A DNA stretch of 64,000 nt from an uncultured Desulfosarcina sp. (GCA_963674945.2 CAXXWQ010000004.1:1056001-1120000), one strand, 5' to 3'. Counted from the first letter of the stretch, positions 39,864 to 49,882 are shown. A program made the numbers and translations. The notes: generated by a model from the letters alone, not told the origin.

Positions 39864-41240
39864 TCATAAATTGGGCCCAAACGCACCCGCCAGAAGCACC
39901 TCCAACGCGGCCTGTGACATCAGCTTTTTTTCCAATACCAGTTCTTTCAAGGACTTTTTACGGACGAGTCCCTCCTTCACCAGTGCCGCCACCTCGTCAT
40001 AGCCCAGTGTTGGGTTGAGAATGGTGGCCAGACCGGCGCTGCGCTCGAAATTGTCCATACACCGTTTTTCATTGGCTTGGATGCCGAGAATGCACTTTTC
40101 ATTCAGCATGCGGCAGGTGCGCGTTAGAATATCAACGGATCGAATCAGGTTGGCGCCGATCAGCGGCATATGGGTATTGAGTTCCAACTGCCCGAGTCCG
40201 CAGGCCATGGCGATTGCCGCATCATATCCGACCACCTGAATACAGGCCATATTGGCCGCTTCGCAAATACTTGGGTTGACCTTGCCCGGCATGATGGAAG
40301 AGCCCGGTTCCACTGCCGGCAGACGAATCTCCCCCAGACCGGTGTTGGGTCCCGAGGCCAAGAGGCGCAGGTCGTTGGCAATCTTTAGCAGATCCAGGGC
40401 CAGCAGCCGGAGTGCCGCCGACATTTGCCCCATATCGGTCATAAATTGGGTGATTTCGATGCCATTTTCCGCCACGCGAAACGTCAGGCCGGTAGTTTGG
40501 TTGAGGGCCGCCACGATAAGGGAACGAAACGTGGGATGGGTATTGATGCCGGTACCCACGGCATTGCCCCCGATCCCGATTTCCATCAGGTTTTCAGCGG
40601 CATCGGCGATCCTTTGTTTCGTCTTCACCATTGCGCGGGCATACCCGGCAAATTCCTGTCCCAGAGTAACGGGTACAGCGTCTTGAAGATGGGTGCGGCC
40701 GCTTTTTGCGACGTCGGCAAATTGGGAGGCTTTTTCCATCAAACCGTCGATCAGCCGGTTTTGGGCTGCCGCCAATCGGCGCACGCCCAGGATGCCGGCC
40801 AAACGGATGGCAGAGGGAAAGACGTTGTTTGTGGACTGCCCCTTGTTCACGTGGTCGTTGGGGTGAACTGTCTGCCGGTCTCCAGGCCTCCCCCCCAATT
40901 CCACTGCCGCAAGGTTGGCGATCACCTCGTTAACATTCATCTGCGTAGAGGTTCCTGATCCGGCCTGAAAAATATCGATGGGAAACTGATCGTCGTGTTT
41001 GCCGGATAGAATCGAACCACAGGCATTCTCGATGGCGGCGGAACGTGCATGATCCAGCAGTCCCAATTTTTCATTTGCCCTGGCGCATGCCGACTTTATC
41101 TGCACGATGGCATACACGATGGAAAGGGGCATCGCTTCTCCGGCGACATCGAAATTTTCAATGGACCGCACCGTATGAATGCCATACCAGACATCATCGG
41201 GAACCTGTCGTTCCCCCATCGTATCTTTTTCGATTCTCAT
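39864..41240 (-). CDS. Class II fumarase / aspartate ammonia-lyase family protein
   Basis: RIEKDTMG, HPNDHVNKGQSTN, GRTHLQDA, GSSIMPGKVNP; fumC versus aspA not resolved. Confidence 0.9.
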   Translation of the reverse strand: MRIEKDTMGERQVPDDVWYGIHTVRSIENFDVAGEAMPLSIVYAIVQIKSACARANEKLGLLDHARSAAIENACGSILSGKHDDQFPIDIFQAGSGTSTQMNVNEVIANLAAVELGGRPGDRQTVHPNDHVNKGQSTNNVFPSAIRLAGILGVRRLAAAQNRLIDGLMEKASQFADVAKSGRTHLQDAVPVTLGQEFAGYARAMVKTKQRIADAAENLMEIGIGGNAVGTGINTHPTFRSLIVAALNQTTGLTFRVAENGIEITQFMTDMGQMSAALRLLALDLLKIANDLRLLASGPNTGLGEIRLPAVEPGSSIMPGKVNPSICEAANMACIQVVGYDAAIAMACGLGQLELNTHMPLIGANLIRSVDILTRTCRMLNEKCILGIQANEKRCMDNFERSAGLATILNPTLGYDEVAALVKEGLVRKKSLKELVLEKKLMSQAALEVLLAGAFGPNL

Positions 41241-41444
41241 TTGGCACCTGCAGTTATCGTGTTTCGTTGATATTCAAAAAATTAGGGCAAATAATGGAAC
41301 TGTCAAGATCAATGGGAGCAGGCGAATATCAAGGATATAGGTTGCCCCTTACGGCAGGCTGCCGGAAAAGCGTGACTTGACTTTTATCAATTCATCCTCA
41401 CTGTACCCCAATTGCCGTTCATTACAAAATACAAGGAGTATCCA

Positions 41445-41954
41445 ATGGAAACAGTTGAAAATGGTCTGTTTGTAAGTGTCGATTACACCGGGAGTCTGGA
41501 CGACGGTCAAATCTTCGACTCCAGCAAAGGCAGACAACCGTTGGAGGTCCAGATGGGGGAAGGCCACGTGATCCCCGGCTTCGAATCGGCGCTCATGGGT
41601 ATGTCTCTCAACGAGACGAAAACCTTCACGCTCTCTCCTGAAGAGGCGTACGGCCAAAGAAACGAAGACATGATGCACGATTTTCCCAAATCCGAAATCC
41701 CCCCTGGCATGGAACCGTCCGTTGGTCAGACGCTGATGTTGCGTAATCCGGATGGCCAGCAGATACCCGCACGCGTCGACAGCATCGATGATGAGAAGGT
41801 GACCTTCGATCTGAATCACCCGCTTGCCGGCCAGTCGTTGACGTTTACGATCCAGGTCGTGGGTATCAGCGAATCCGCTACCCAAACCAGTGGCGGATGC
41901 GGGTCGAATTGTTCCAGCGGTGGCTGTGATTGTGGCGATTCGGGCTGCTGCTAA
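41445..41954 (+). CDS. slyD: FKBP-type peptidyl-prolyl isomerase (SlyD-like) with Cys-rich tail
   Basis: FDSS, IPGFE, PEEAYG, DLNHPLAG; AAGGAG RBS. Confidence 0.88.
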   Translation: METVENGLFVSVDYTGSLDDGQIFDSSKGRQPLEVQMGEGHVIPGFESALMGMSLNETKTFTLSPEEAYGQRNEDMMHDFPKSEIPPGMEPSVGQTLMLRNPDGQQIPARVDSIDDEKVTFDLNHPLAGQSLTFTIQVVGISESATQTSGGCGSNCSSGGCDCGDSGCC

Positions 41955-42253
41955 ACCGCTCACCGATCCAATGCGCTGAAGACCAATCGAGTTGCCCCTA
42001 ACGAAAATTCAGTAATCCACCGTTGCATTTTATCGTTGGCAAGTCTGATCCTGCCTGTATTGGAGAGTCACATTTCTCCATGTTGCGTGCATTCACAAGC
42101 AGCAGCTTTTGTTCAGTGAGTGATCGTCAGATGGATGCTTCCTGTTTTTACCGTCATCTGATATCATCTGGTTTCTTATGGATGCGGCTTCCCTGACGGC
42201 AATGTACAATTCGGTTGACAGGATAGACTGAAAATTTGTAAGTTAGCTCCCTT

Positions 42254-43024
42254 ATGGACATGGAAAGAATCAAAAAGGTGGCCATGGGTGCCGCGATTCG
42301 CAGCGGCAAGGTGCTTACGGCGCACCATGGGAAAATTCGTTCGGTTCGAAAAAAAGGTGCCATCGACCTGGTCACCGAGGCGGATACCGAGTCTGAAGCG
42401 GCGATTATTGAAAAAATCAAGGAAGCCTTTCCCCATCACGAAATTATCGCCGAGGAAAGTGGCGCCCATGCCGGCAGTGGCGGACGATGGATCATCGATC
42501 CGTTGGACGGCACCACCAATTTCGCCCATGGTCTTCCGCTTTTTTGTGTCTCCATCGCTTTCGCGGCAGACGATGATGTCTTGATCGGCATCGTCCTGGC
42601 GCCTCTGATGAACGAGCTGTTCATCGGCATCAAAGGACAGGGCGCCCAACGAAACGGAACCCCCATATCCGTGTCCGACACCCGGTCACTGGCAGACAGT
42701 CTGCTGGTCACCGGCTTTCCCTATGATCACCAGACAATCTTCGAGGAAATGATGGCCCGTTTCGGCAGGTGTCTTTCGGCCACCCGGGGTGTTCGACGAC
42801 TCGGTTCCGCCGCCCTGGATCTTTGCTACGTGGCTTGCGGTCGGTTTGATGGGTTCTGGGAACAGCACCTGAATCCATGGGACACGGCGGCCGGCTGTCT
42901 GATCGCCCGCGAAGCCGGCGCCCGCATTACAAATTTCTCGAACGAACCATTTGCCATCAACATGGATGAGATCCTCTCCACCAATGGTGCAATCCATGAC
43001 GAACTTCTTACATTGCTAAAATAA
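42254..43024 (+). CDS. suhB: Inositol monophosphatase family protein
   Basis: DLVTEAD, WIIDPLDGTTNF, RRLGSAALDL, PWDTAAG. Confidence 0.92.
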   Translation: MDMERIKKVAMGAAIRSGKVLTAHHGKIRSVRKKGAIDLVTEADTESEAAIIEKIKEAFPHHEIIAEESGAHAGSGGRWIIDPLDGTTNFAHGLPLFCVSIAFAADDDVLIGIVLAPLMNELFIGIKGQGAQRNGTPISVSDTRSLADSLLVTGFPYDHQTIFEEMMARFGRCLSATRGVRRLGSAALDLCYVACGRFDGFWEQHLNPWDTAAGCLIAREAGARITNFSNEPFAINMDEILSTNGAIHDELLTLLK

Positions 43025-43031
43025 CGGAATT

Positions 43032-43235
43032 ATGTCGATGACACGAGAACAGAAATTGGAAATCGACCTGGAACGCTACATAGGATGTTTTGGCGCCTAT
43101 CGAAAAGATGACCTCATTTGCCGAAAAAAATGCGCTTTGAATGTCAGATGCGCCATCGAGCACGATCAAAACGAACGGTTTGAAATCCTGGAAGAACTGG
43201 TATCGGGCAGTGGAATGGTAATCAGGGTGAATTAG
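43032..43235 (+). CDS. Small four-Cys hypothetical protein
   Basis: 67 aa directly after suhB; GCFG...ICRKKCALNVRC. Confidence 0.6.
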   Translation: MSMTREQKLEIDLERYIGCFGAYRKDDLICRKKCALNVRCAIEHDQNERFEILEELVSGSGMVIRVN

Positions 43236-43277
43236 TACCCATTTTCTAATAGACAATTCGCCCGATATCAGCGTTAT

Positions 43278-44618
43278 TTACAGCTCCCCTTTTTCCAATT
43301 TCTTGGACAAAAATTCCACATGTTTTTGTACGGGGCCATTTTCCTTGATTCCCTTTTTTACGGCCTTTAACGCGTGAAGTGTCGTTGCATGGTACCGGTT
43401 AAAGCTCTTGCCGATTGCCTGAAGGGAGTGTTCCGTGTATTGCCGGGACAGATACATGGCGACCTGCCGGGGACGCACAATGGCCTGCCGTCGGCTGCGA
43501 GAAGTCAAGTCATCCATCGTAACGTTGTAGTATTTGCAAACGAGTTTTTTTATGGAATCCAACGTAATGTTGGACCGGGAGACGACGATATTTTCCACAA
43601 CACTTCTCGCCAGCATCAAATCCGCCTCCTTTCCCAAGAGAGAGGCCTTTGCGGCGACACCGATAAAACCGCTTTTCAATTGACGGACATCATCGGTCAA
43701 TTCGGTTGCCAGGTATTGGCAAATCTCATTTGATACCTTGTATCCACTGGTTTTTGCGGTGTGCTGGAGAATCCTGAGCCGGGTTCTATAGTCTGGCTTG
43801 TCGATTTTGGATATGAGTCCGCAACACAGCCGTGATTTGAGCTTGTCGTTGAGTTTGGGGATATCCGAGGGTAGATAATAGCTGGAGTAGATGATTTTCT
43901 TGTTTGCGTTCATCAAGGACTCCAGCGTGTTCGACAACTCTTCCTGTGTTCCGTTCTTGCCGCTTAAAAAATGCACGTCCTCCAGCAGCAGCACATCGCA
44001 TTGATTGCGATATTTCTCTTTAAAAGAATGAATGCTGCTGTTTCGATAGGAGTCGGTCATCTCATTCATGAAGTCTTCGGCGGTGATGTAGTAAACTCGC
44101 TGCTTGGGAAACATCTGTAAAATATGATGCCCGGCAGCCTGGGCGAGGTGACTTTTTCCCAGTCCGGTTTTAGAATGCAGGTAAAGGGAATTTTGACTGC
44201 CGATCCCCCGGGCCGCCAGCGATAAGGCTGCCGAATAAGCAAAATCACTGTTTTGGCCAACCACAAATTGGTCGAAGGTGAAGTCCTTTCTCAGCAGTCT
44301 GCCACCGGCGAACGGTATATCCATCCTTGGCAATTTCATTTGCCGGTCGTCGTCGTCTTCTCCCGCTGCCTGCCTGTCCTGAGAATTGACGACCAATTGA
44401 ACCTTGACATTTTCCCTGGTCAACTGGCAAAAGGATTCTTCGATAATCCGGCCATATTGGTCGGCGATCCGTTTCCTGGAAAAATGGTTGGGACAGGTAA
44501 GTACGATGGTATTGCCTGCACCTTTGCAAAAGACCACGGGTTCGATCCACATGCGGTAGCAGTGGCCCGGTATTTTGTCTTTCAGTACGGATTTCACGGA
44601 GTTCCAAGTATCTTCCAT
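43278..44618 (-). CDS. dnaA: DnaA-family replication initiator, divergent paralog
   Basis: Domain I WIEP, FTFDQFVVG, TGLGKSHL, TQEEL, LKSRL, PRQVAMYLSR. Confidence 0.85.
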   Translation of the reverse strand: MEDTWNSVKSVLKDKIPGHCYRMWIEPVVFCKGAGNTIVLTCPNHFSRKRIADQYGRIIEESFCQLTRENVKVQLVVNSQDRQAAGEDDDDRQMKLPRMDIPFAGGRLLRKDFTFDQFVVGQNSDFAYSAALSLAARGIGSQNSLYLHSKTGLGKSHLAQAAGHHILQMFPKQRVYYITAEDFMNEMTDSYRNSSIHSFKEKYRNQCDVLLLEDVHFLSGKNGTQEELSNTLESLMNANKKIIYSSYYLPSDIPKLNDKLKSRLCCGLISKIDKPDYRTRLRILQHTAKTSGYKVSNEICQYLATELTDDVRQLKSGFIGVAAKASLLGKEADLMLARSVVENIVVSRSNITLDSIKKLVCKYYNVTMDDLTSRSRRQAIVRPRQVAMYLSRQYTEHSLQAIGKSFNRYHATTLHALKAVKKGIKENGPVQKHVEFLSKKLEKGEL

Positions 44619-45159
44619 TTATTAAATAAATCCCCCTCAGAAAAAACAGAAAATAACGATTTGTATGCGCGTAATCGAGCAAGCGTCAGGTTCACTTACT
44701 AAAAATTGCTATTTTAGATGTATTATACGTGGTTTTCGGAATGGTCGTCACCAGACCGGGTGACTGGAAGGTTATTTACATTGATCAGCCTGTTTCCGTC
44801 AATCGGAAAGAATACCGGTTTAACAAACCGCTAACATATCGCTTACAATAAAATTTTTATATTATTATTTCATATAGTTATTTCATGTTGACAAAGCAAC
44901 TGCTTCGAAATACAGGGTTTTTGCCGCAAGATTATTTCCATAAGCATTTTAAAGGGATCGAGAGTTATCAACAATGTGTCGATAAATCTATAAACTCCGA
45001 TTTTTTCGTTATTTCTTCTAATTCCTTTGTTTTTCGATTTTATTGCGCTTGGCCATCTGACATTTTTGTGCCGGGTAGAACCAAAGATGGATTTACAAAC
45101 CCGGCACGGCCCGGTAATATAGCGACCATGTGCCACCGACAACACGCCCCCATAAGGCC

Positions 45160-48000
45160 ATGACCCCATCAGACTTTATCACCATCGAAGGGGCCAGGCA
45201 GTATAACCTGAAAAACATCAGCCTGCGTCTGCCGCGAAACCGGCTCGTGGTCATCACCGGTCTCTCCGGATCCGGGAAATCCACGCTGGCCTTCGATACG
45301 CTTTATGCCGAGGGTCAGCGACGCTACGTGGAGTCGCTTTCTACCTATGCCCGTCAGTTTCTGGAGCGTCTGGAAAAACCGGATGTGGACCTGATCGATG
45401 GACTCAGCCCCGCCATCGCCATCGAGCAAAAATCCTCTGTCCATAACCCCCGATCGACGGTGGGAACGGTCACGGAGATATACGATTTCATCCGACTTCT
45501 TTACGCCCGCACGGGAACAGTCCACTGCCACCGGTGCGACCGTCCCATCATCTCGGTGACCATCGATGAAATGGTGGAATCGGTGATGGCCAGCCAAGAG
45601 GGTTCCCGTCTGTTGATTTTGTCACCCGTGAAAAACGATCCCGCCGATAAGACTGCATCCTTGGCGAGGAAACTGACCAAAGAGGGGTTTGCCCGCGTCC
45701 GCGTGGACGGCAAGATACGTGAGATTGACACTATTGACCGGAACTCGCTATCCAATGTTCGGCAATTGCAGGTGGTGATCGATCGTCTCATCCTCAAGCC
45801 CGGTATTCGGAACCGGCTGGCCGATTCCATGGAACTGGCCATCGCCCGCTCCGATGGCCAAGTGGAGGTGGCCTTCGTTGGCAAATCCATGGACGACATC
45901 GTCCAGACCCTTCAATTCAACGAAAGGGCCGCCTGCGTCCACTGTGGGATCAGCTATCCGGACCTCTCTCCGGCCAGCTTTTCCTTCAACTCGCCCCACG
46001 GCGCATGTCCCCAGTGCGATGGATTGGGAACGACCCGCCGGTTTTCCGAAGAGCGGATCGTCCCCAATCCCCGACTCTCCCTACGGGAGGGGGCGATCCG
46101 GGTCTGGGCCCATCGTCGATCTTTCGCTTTCATCGAGTTTCTCGAAAATCTCACCAGCCTCTACGGCACCGACATCTATACGGCCTACGAAGCGCTTCCA
46201 AAAGACTTTCGAAATCTTCTCATGGAGGGGTCAAAGGATCTGCGAATCCCGGTAACCACCTATGCCGGTGGGCATGCGGCAAAGAAAATGGAGCCCTTCC
46301 ATGGAATCTTAGCGGAACTTTCCAGGCAATATGCCCAGGCCAAATCCACCGCCGAGAAAAGGGAGCTTGAACAATACATGGCCGACCTGCCCTGTCCGCA
46401 ATGCGGCGGCACCCGACTGCGAACGGAGAGTCGCCATGTCCGAATCCAGGGCCTGGCCATCCATGAACTGACTGCTCAGCCCATTTCCCGCCTGCATCGG
46501 TTCTTCACCCGTTTTCCAAAAGACGGCAGACGCGGCGCCGTGGCCGAAAAGATCATCGGGGAGATCACCACACGTCTCTCCTTTTTGAATGATGTGGGAC
46601 TCTCCTATCTTTCCATGGACCGGCCGGCCCACACCCTCTCCGGTGGAGAGAGCCAACGAATTCGATTGGCCACCCAGATCGGTTCGAGATTGACAGGCGT
46701 CCTCTATGTGTTGGACGAACCCAGCATCGGACTGCACCAAAGGGACAACCAGCGGCTTTTGGATACATTGCTTCGCATGCGCGACATGGGAAATTCCGTA
46801 TTGGTGGTGGAGCATGACGAAGACACCATTTTCGCGGCAGACCATGTGGTGGACATGGGGCCCGGCGCCGGCATATCCGGCGGCCATGTGGTGTTTGCAG
46901 GGACTCCTTCCGAGATGTGCCGGGACGAACACTCCCTGACCGGCCGCTACCTTTCCGGACGGATGAAAATCGAGGTACCGGAACAGCGTCGGAAGGCGAA
47001 AAACGGATCGGTTCAAGTATTCGGTGCCTGCATGAATAATCTGAAACAGATCGACGTCTCCTTTCCCATCGGACTGTTCACCTGTGTGACCGGTGTTTCC
47101 GGTTCCGGCAAATCCACCCTCGTCATCGATACCCTCTACCGTGCGGCCTTGGGACATTTGCAGCGTCCCCATATGGCCACCGGTGGATACGAGAAGATCG
47201 AAGGTCTCGATAAAATCGACAAAATCATCGACATCGACCAGAGTCCCATCGGAAAAACCCCTCGCTCCAACACGGGTACCTATACGGGGCTGTTTTCTCC
47301 CATCCGGGAATTGATCAGTCGCACCCCAGAGGCCAGGATGAGGGGATACAAACCGGGCCGCTTCTCCTTCAACATCCGTGGCGGACGGTGTGAGGCGTGC
47401 GAAGGTGATGGCATCGTCCGCATCGAAATGCACTTTCTCCCCGATATCTTCGTGCCATGCGACGTCTGCAAGGGAAAACGCTACAATCGTGAGACCCTTG
47501 AGATCCGCTACAAGGGAAAAAACATCGCGGAAATCCTTTCGATGACCGTGGATGACTGCCTTACCATGTTCCAAAACATCAACCCCATCCGCGCCAAACT
47601 GCAAACCCTGGCAGATGTGGGGTTGGGGTATATTCCCATTGGACAGCCGGCAACGACCCTCTCGGGAGGTGAAGCCCAACGAATCAAACTATCCCGGGAA
47701 CTGAGCAAGAAAAGTACGGGGAGAACCCTTTACATCCTTGACGAACCGACGACGGGATTGCATCCCGACGACATCCGCAAACTGCTCAATGTTCTCAATC
47801 GCCTGGTGGATGCGGGAAATACGGTGGTGGTGATCGAACACAACCTCGACGTCATCAAAACGGTGGATCATGTCATCGACCTGGGACCGGAAGGCGGCAG
47901 TGCGGGTGGAAACGTGGTTGCGACCGGTTCCCCCGAAGAAATCTGCCAGGCAGCCCAATCCCATACGGGCCGCTATCTGAAGAGGGTGCTGGAAGGATAA
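45160..48000 (+). CDS. uvrA: Excinuclease ABC subunit A
   Basis: GLSGSGKS, YAEGQRRYVESLS, two LSGGE motifs, GVSGSGKS, zinc fingers. Confidence 0.98.
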   Translation: MTPSDFITIEGARQYNLKNISLRLPRNRLVVITGLSGSGKSTLAFDTLYAEGQRRYVESLSTYARQFLERLEKPDVDLIDGLSPAIAIEQKSSVHNPRSTVGTVTEIYDFIRLLYARTGTVHCHRCDRPIISVTIDEMVESVMASQEGSRLLILSPVKNDPADKTASLARKLTKEGFARVRVDGKIREIDTIDRNSLSNVRQLQVVIDRLILKPGIRNRLADSMELAIARSDGQVEVAFVGKSMDDIVQTLQFNERAACVHCGISYPDLSPASFSFNSPHGACPQCDGLGTTRRFSEERIVPNPRLSLREGAIRVWAHRRSFAFIEFLENLTSLYGTDIYTAYEALPKDFRNLLMEGSKDLRIPVTTYAGGHAAKKMEPFHGILAELSRQYAQAKSTAEKRELEQYMADLPCPQCGGTRLRTESRHVRIQGLAIHELTAQPISRLHRFFTRFPKDGRRGAVAEKIIGEITTRLSFLNDVGLSYLSMDRPAHTLSGGESQRIRLATQIGSRLTGVLYVLDEPSIGLHQRDNQRLLDTLLRMRDMGNSVLVVEHDEDTIFAADHVVDMGPGAGISGGHVVFAGTPSEMCRDEHSLTGRYLSGRMKIEVPEQRRKAKNGSVQVFGACMNNLKQIDVSFPIGLFTCVTGVSGSGKSTLVIDTLYRAALGHLQRPHMATGGYEKIEGLDKIDKIIDIDQSPIGKTPRSNTGTYTGLFSPIRELISRTPEARMRGYKPGRFSFNIRGGRCEACEGDGIVRIEMHFLPDIFVPCDVCKGKRYNRETLEIRYKGKNIAEILSMTVDDCLTMFQNINPIRAKLQTLADVGLGYIPIGQPATTLSGGEAQRIKLSRELSKKSTGRTLYILDEPTTGLHPDDIRKLLNVLNRLVDAGNTVVVIEHNLDVIKTVDHVIDLGPEGGSAGGNVVATGSPEEICQAAQSHTGRYLKRVLEG

Positions 48001-48033
48001 AAAAAAGGGCCGCTGTCGAAACAGCGACCCTTT
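47999..48033 (-). terminator. Intrinsic terminator of the atp operon (possibly bidirectional)
   Basis: Minus strand AAAGGGTCGCTGT-TTCG-ACAGCGGCCC followed by a T-run. Confidence 0.85.
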
Positions 48034-48057
48034 CGTACTCGTTTTACAAGTCGACGA

Positions 48058-48336
48058 TTAGTGTCCGCCGAGCAGTCCGGCAATTGCGCCAGCCTGGGGA
48101 TGCGCATAGATCAGAATCAGGGAGACGACCAGCGCATAAATACAAAGAGACTCGATCATGGCCAGACCGATCAGCATGGTCACGGTGACTTTACCGGAAG
48201 ATTCGGGATTGCGGGCGATGCCTTCAACGGCGGCCTTGAGGCCCATGCCCTGACCGATGCCACAACCGAAGGCGGCGATTGCAATACCAAAACCAGCTGC
48301 TGTCACACACGCGATAAAAAACTGCAAAGCTTCCAT
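48058..48336 (-). CDS. atpE: ATP synthase Fo subunit c
   Basis: GIGQG, ARNPE, IESLCIY. Confidence 0.96.
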   Translation of the reverse strand: MEALQFFIACVTAAGFGIAIAAFGCGIGQGMGLKAAVEGIARNPESSGKVTVTMLIGLAMIESLCIYALVVSLILIYAHPQAGAIAGLLGGH

Positions 48337-48459
48337 ATCTCTTACGACCTCCTTTAAAGAATGTTAGTTAGGGCTTCTTCCAGTTACCCCAATTTCGTTT
48401 GTACACGCCGATTCGCCGAAAAAGGCGAATCGACGAAAATCCCAAATACAGTTACGCCA

Positions 48460-49149
48460 TCAGTGGGCGTGTTCCATGGCCCCGGAAAAGTAGATGATGG
48501 ACAAAAGAAAAAAGACGAATCCCTGCACGAAGGCAACGAAGATGCCAAGGGCCATAATGGGCAGGGGGGCGAAGAAAGCGCCGGCCAGGCCGAACAGGAT
48601 GGCCAGTACGATCTCGTGTCCCATCATGTTTCCGAAAAGACGGAAGCTGAGGGAGAGGATCCGGGCGAGGTGTCCGATGATCTCGATGATAAAGATCAGG
48701 GGCGCCATCCACCAGACCGGTCCCAAAAAGTGTTTGATGTAGGATGCGCCGTGGTACTTGATGCCGATGACATGGGTGAAGACCACAACGACCAGGGCAA
48801 CGGAAGCCGTGGTATTGAGGTTGGCGGTGGGCGGAAGGAAACCAGGAATGATACCGATGAGGTTCCCGATGAAAACGTAGAGAAAAACCGTAGCTGCCAG
48901 GGGAAAGAGCCAACGGGCCTCCTCACCGGCTGTTTCAACCATGAAATCCTCGATTGTCACAACGACGATCTCGGCTAAATTCTGGCCGCTGCCCGGAATC
49001 AATTTAATGGTTTTGGTGGCCAATGCACCCAGTATGATCAAGATCGCCATCAACACCCATGAGTACACCACGTGGGGATACGTATGGGCGAAATGCCCCA
49101 GCCCGATCACTTCAAACAGCTTCACGAAAAATAGATAGGGATGCTCCAT
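48460..49149 (-). CDS. atpB: ATP synthase Fo subunit a
   Basis: NLIGIIPG, PTANLN, SLSFRLFGNM, VQGFVF. Confidence 0.96.
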   Translation of the reverse strand: MEHPYLFFVKLFEVIGLGHFAHTYPHVVYSWVLMAILIILGALATKTIKLIPGSGQNLAEIVVVTIEDFMVETAGEEARWLFPLAATVFLYVFIGNLIGIIPGFLPPTANLNTTASVALVVVVFTHVIGIKYHGASYIKHFLGPVWWMAPLIFIIEIIGHLARILSLSFRLFGNMMGHEIVLAILFGLAGAFFAPLPIMALGIFVAFVQGFVFFLLSIIYFSGAMEHAH

Positions 49150-49151
49150 CC

Positions 49152-49538
49152 TTAGACCGCCTCCTTGAAAATGAGTTTTTTTATTTCAACCATGGTGGCC
49201 AGGGTAATGCTGGCAACCACGACGGAAAGACCGATGAACAAACCGATGGGATTCACCACCTGCTGACGGATAAGAAAGAAGATGATCACGCCGCTGATGA
49301 TAAAACGAATGTAGTATTTAACGAGTATGGCGTTGGGGGATGCCAGTTGTCGGGGGTTGAGGGCTTTTTTCAGTGTCTTGGCCAGCAGATGGAAATTGAT
49401 CGTGACGATGAGTCCGCCGAAAAGAATACCCCTTGCAAATGGCGGCGAGGTGGCCAAAAGCCCCAGCAGGCTGGTCGAAACCAGCAGCAGCCAGTTGGAT
49501 CGTGTGATGAATGTAAGCAAACGCCGCTGAATATTCAC
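49152..49538 (-). CDS. atpI: ATP synthase subunit I
   Basis: Four TM helices immediately upstream of atpB; GTG start inferred. Confidence 0.8.
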   Translation of the reverse strand: MNIQRRLLTFITRSNWLLLVSTSLLGLLATSPPFARGILFGGLIVTINFHLLAKTLKKALNPRQLASPNAILVKYYIRFIISGVIIFFLIRQQVVNPIGLFIGLSVVVASITLATMVEIKKLIFKEAV

Positions 49539-49563
49539 GTTGGATTGCCGTTGGCTTTTGTTG

Positions 49564-49782
49564 TCACAATTTTCGGCTCTTTTTGATCGCCAGGCCGATA
49601 TTTCGATATCCCCCTGCAATACCCAACCCTAAAAAGACGAGGGTCAGCCAGGGAGATGTATCAAATCGCTTGTCCAAATAAACACCGATCCCGAGTCCGA
49701 TAAAAATGGAGAGGGAAACGGAAAGCCCTATGCTTGAAAAATATGCGAGTTCCCGTATCCACGCTCGTTTCTCTTTTTTCAT
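49564..49782 (-). CDS. AtpZ/AtpI-family Fo accessory protein
   Basis: IGLGIGVYLDKRFDTSPW. Confidence 0.85.
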   Translation of the reverse strand: MKKEKRAWIRELAYFSSIGLSVSLSIFIGLGIGVYLDKRFDTSPWLTLVFLGLGIAGGYRNIGLAIKKSRKL

Positions 49783-49882
49783 GGGATTCGGCCCTCCTTT
49801 GACCGCAAAATGGCGTCAGGTCGAGCCTCGATCGGAATGGGTGCGTTTACCATAGCCAGACATTTAAGTCAACGCGAATTTG

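Noticed and set aside
41955..42253. Small or selenocysteine-readthrough ORF, or ncRNA, in the slyD-suhB gap
   Set aside because: Only short frames without an RBS or redox motif; the small hairpins match no family I recognise
44619..45159. The primary chromosomal oriC
   Set aside because: No perfect TTATCCACA box noticed and no dnaN, gyrB or rpmH context; kept only as a variant-box hypothesis
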